Assembly (NCBI RefSeq): GCF_009834535.1
Contig: NC_045710.1
Span: 51,150,001-51,214,000 of the forward strand
DNA from: Camelus ferus
Taxonomy: Eukaryota
Reading direction: 5' to 3'
DNA: 64,000 nt
Numbering within the stretch: the first letter of the stretch is position 1; each line of letters begins with the position of its first letter. The position numbers and the translations under genes were made by a program. Below the pieces are notes generated by a model that searched no databases, was not told the origin of the DNA, and worked only from the letters and a program-made list of their open reading frames with translations. Positions 63,400 to 64,000 of this stretch are shown here, one piece after another.

Positions 63400-64000
63400 C
63401 CTTTTTTTTTAAAAATAACTTTTGAAATTTGCAAAAGCAACATACGTTCAAGGCAGAAAACTTGAGAGAACAGAAAAGCACCAAGAAAGAAAAAACCTAA
63501 GTCATCTGTAAGCTCATTACTCATAGATAACCACTGCTAGCCCGTCACTCAGGGATAACCAGTACCAGCACTTTGGGTGTAACTTTGTCTTTACTCTGTG
63601 TCCCCACTCTGTTCCCCGCAGGAGTAAAGTGATGCTATCATGAACATTTCCCCAACTCATAAATACTACAGTATGAGGTAATCCTCAATGGCTGGAGTTT
63701 TCCACGGATACATTTTCTTTAACCAACCTCTCTTGTTGGACATTGTGATGGCCTCCCAAATAACTCGTTCTTGTAAATAATACAGAACTGAATATCCTTC
63801 TGCACAGATTTTTGTTCATGAACATTTATGATGATTTTCCTGGGAGTAGAATCAGTGTGACAAAGGAATGCTCATTTCTAAGACTTCCGAGTCATATTGT
63901 CAAATTGCATCCCAGGCCATTCAGAATAATTTATGCTCCCGGAAGGAGATGGTTGTTACTATCCTTCCAAACACTGGATACCATCTTCCCTTTCCCCTTT
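63400..64000. mobile_element. Old L1ME-type fragments
   Basis: Motifs gataaccactg, ttgttggacatt and gtcatattgtcaaattgc, typical of L1ME 3' regions. Confidence 0.55.

Noticed and set aside
1-64000. CRISPR arrays, operons or prokaryotic systems
   Set aside because: The sequence is eukaryotic, with spliced exons and mammalian repeats, and contains no regularly spaced repeat-spacer arrays.

Overview
Mammalian genomic DNA, almost certainly camelid (camel, alpaca or llama), inferred from 12 copies of a tRNA-derived vic-1-like SINE and many young L1 3' ends of one type. The only protein-coding gene I can support is TGFA (pro-transforming growth factor alpha) on the minus strand. Exons 4 (35193-35342), 5 (32280-32389) and the 8 coding nt of exon 6 (30455-30462) splice in frame with canonical GT-AG sites. 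They give a peptide identical to the human C-terminal half as I recall it, ending SETVV*. Exon 3 is almost entirely hidden in a 140-N assembly gap; only its acceptor and first 6 nt are visible. Exons 1-2 lie outside the window. A roughly 4 kb 3'UTR runs to about 26470, and 1-26.4 kb is repeat-rich intergenic DNA. The other ORF-track entries look like chance or repeat-derived ORFs. I see no evidence of a wholly new gene system. The best leads concern camelid-specific changes at the TGFA 3' end: (i) the two sites that in human make the non-VV C-terminal variants (ATLG, GCRLY) appear recognisable but each is shifted by 1 nt, predicting new tails that end in PDZ-type motifs; (ii) two sense-oriented SINEs supply the only canonical AATAAA signals in or just after the UTR; (iii) the exon-3 acceptor lacks the human NAGNAG. 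Other notable items are a perfect 15-bp-arm double-GATA palindrome and a tailless 5S retropseudogene with an unusual junction in intron 2. Repeat family names come from recognising consensus motifs by eye and need RepeatMasker confirmation.
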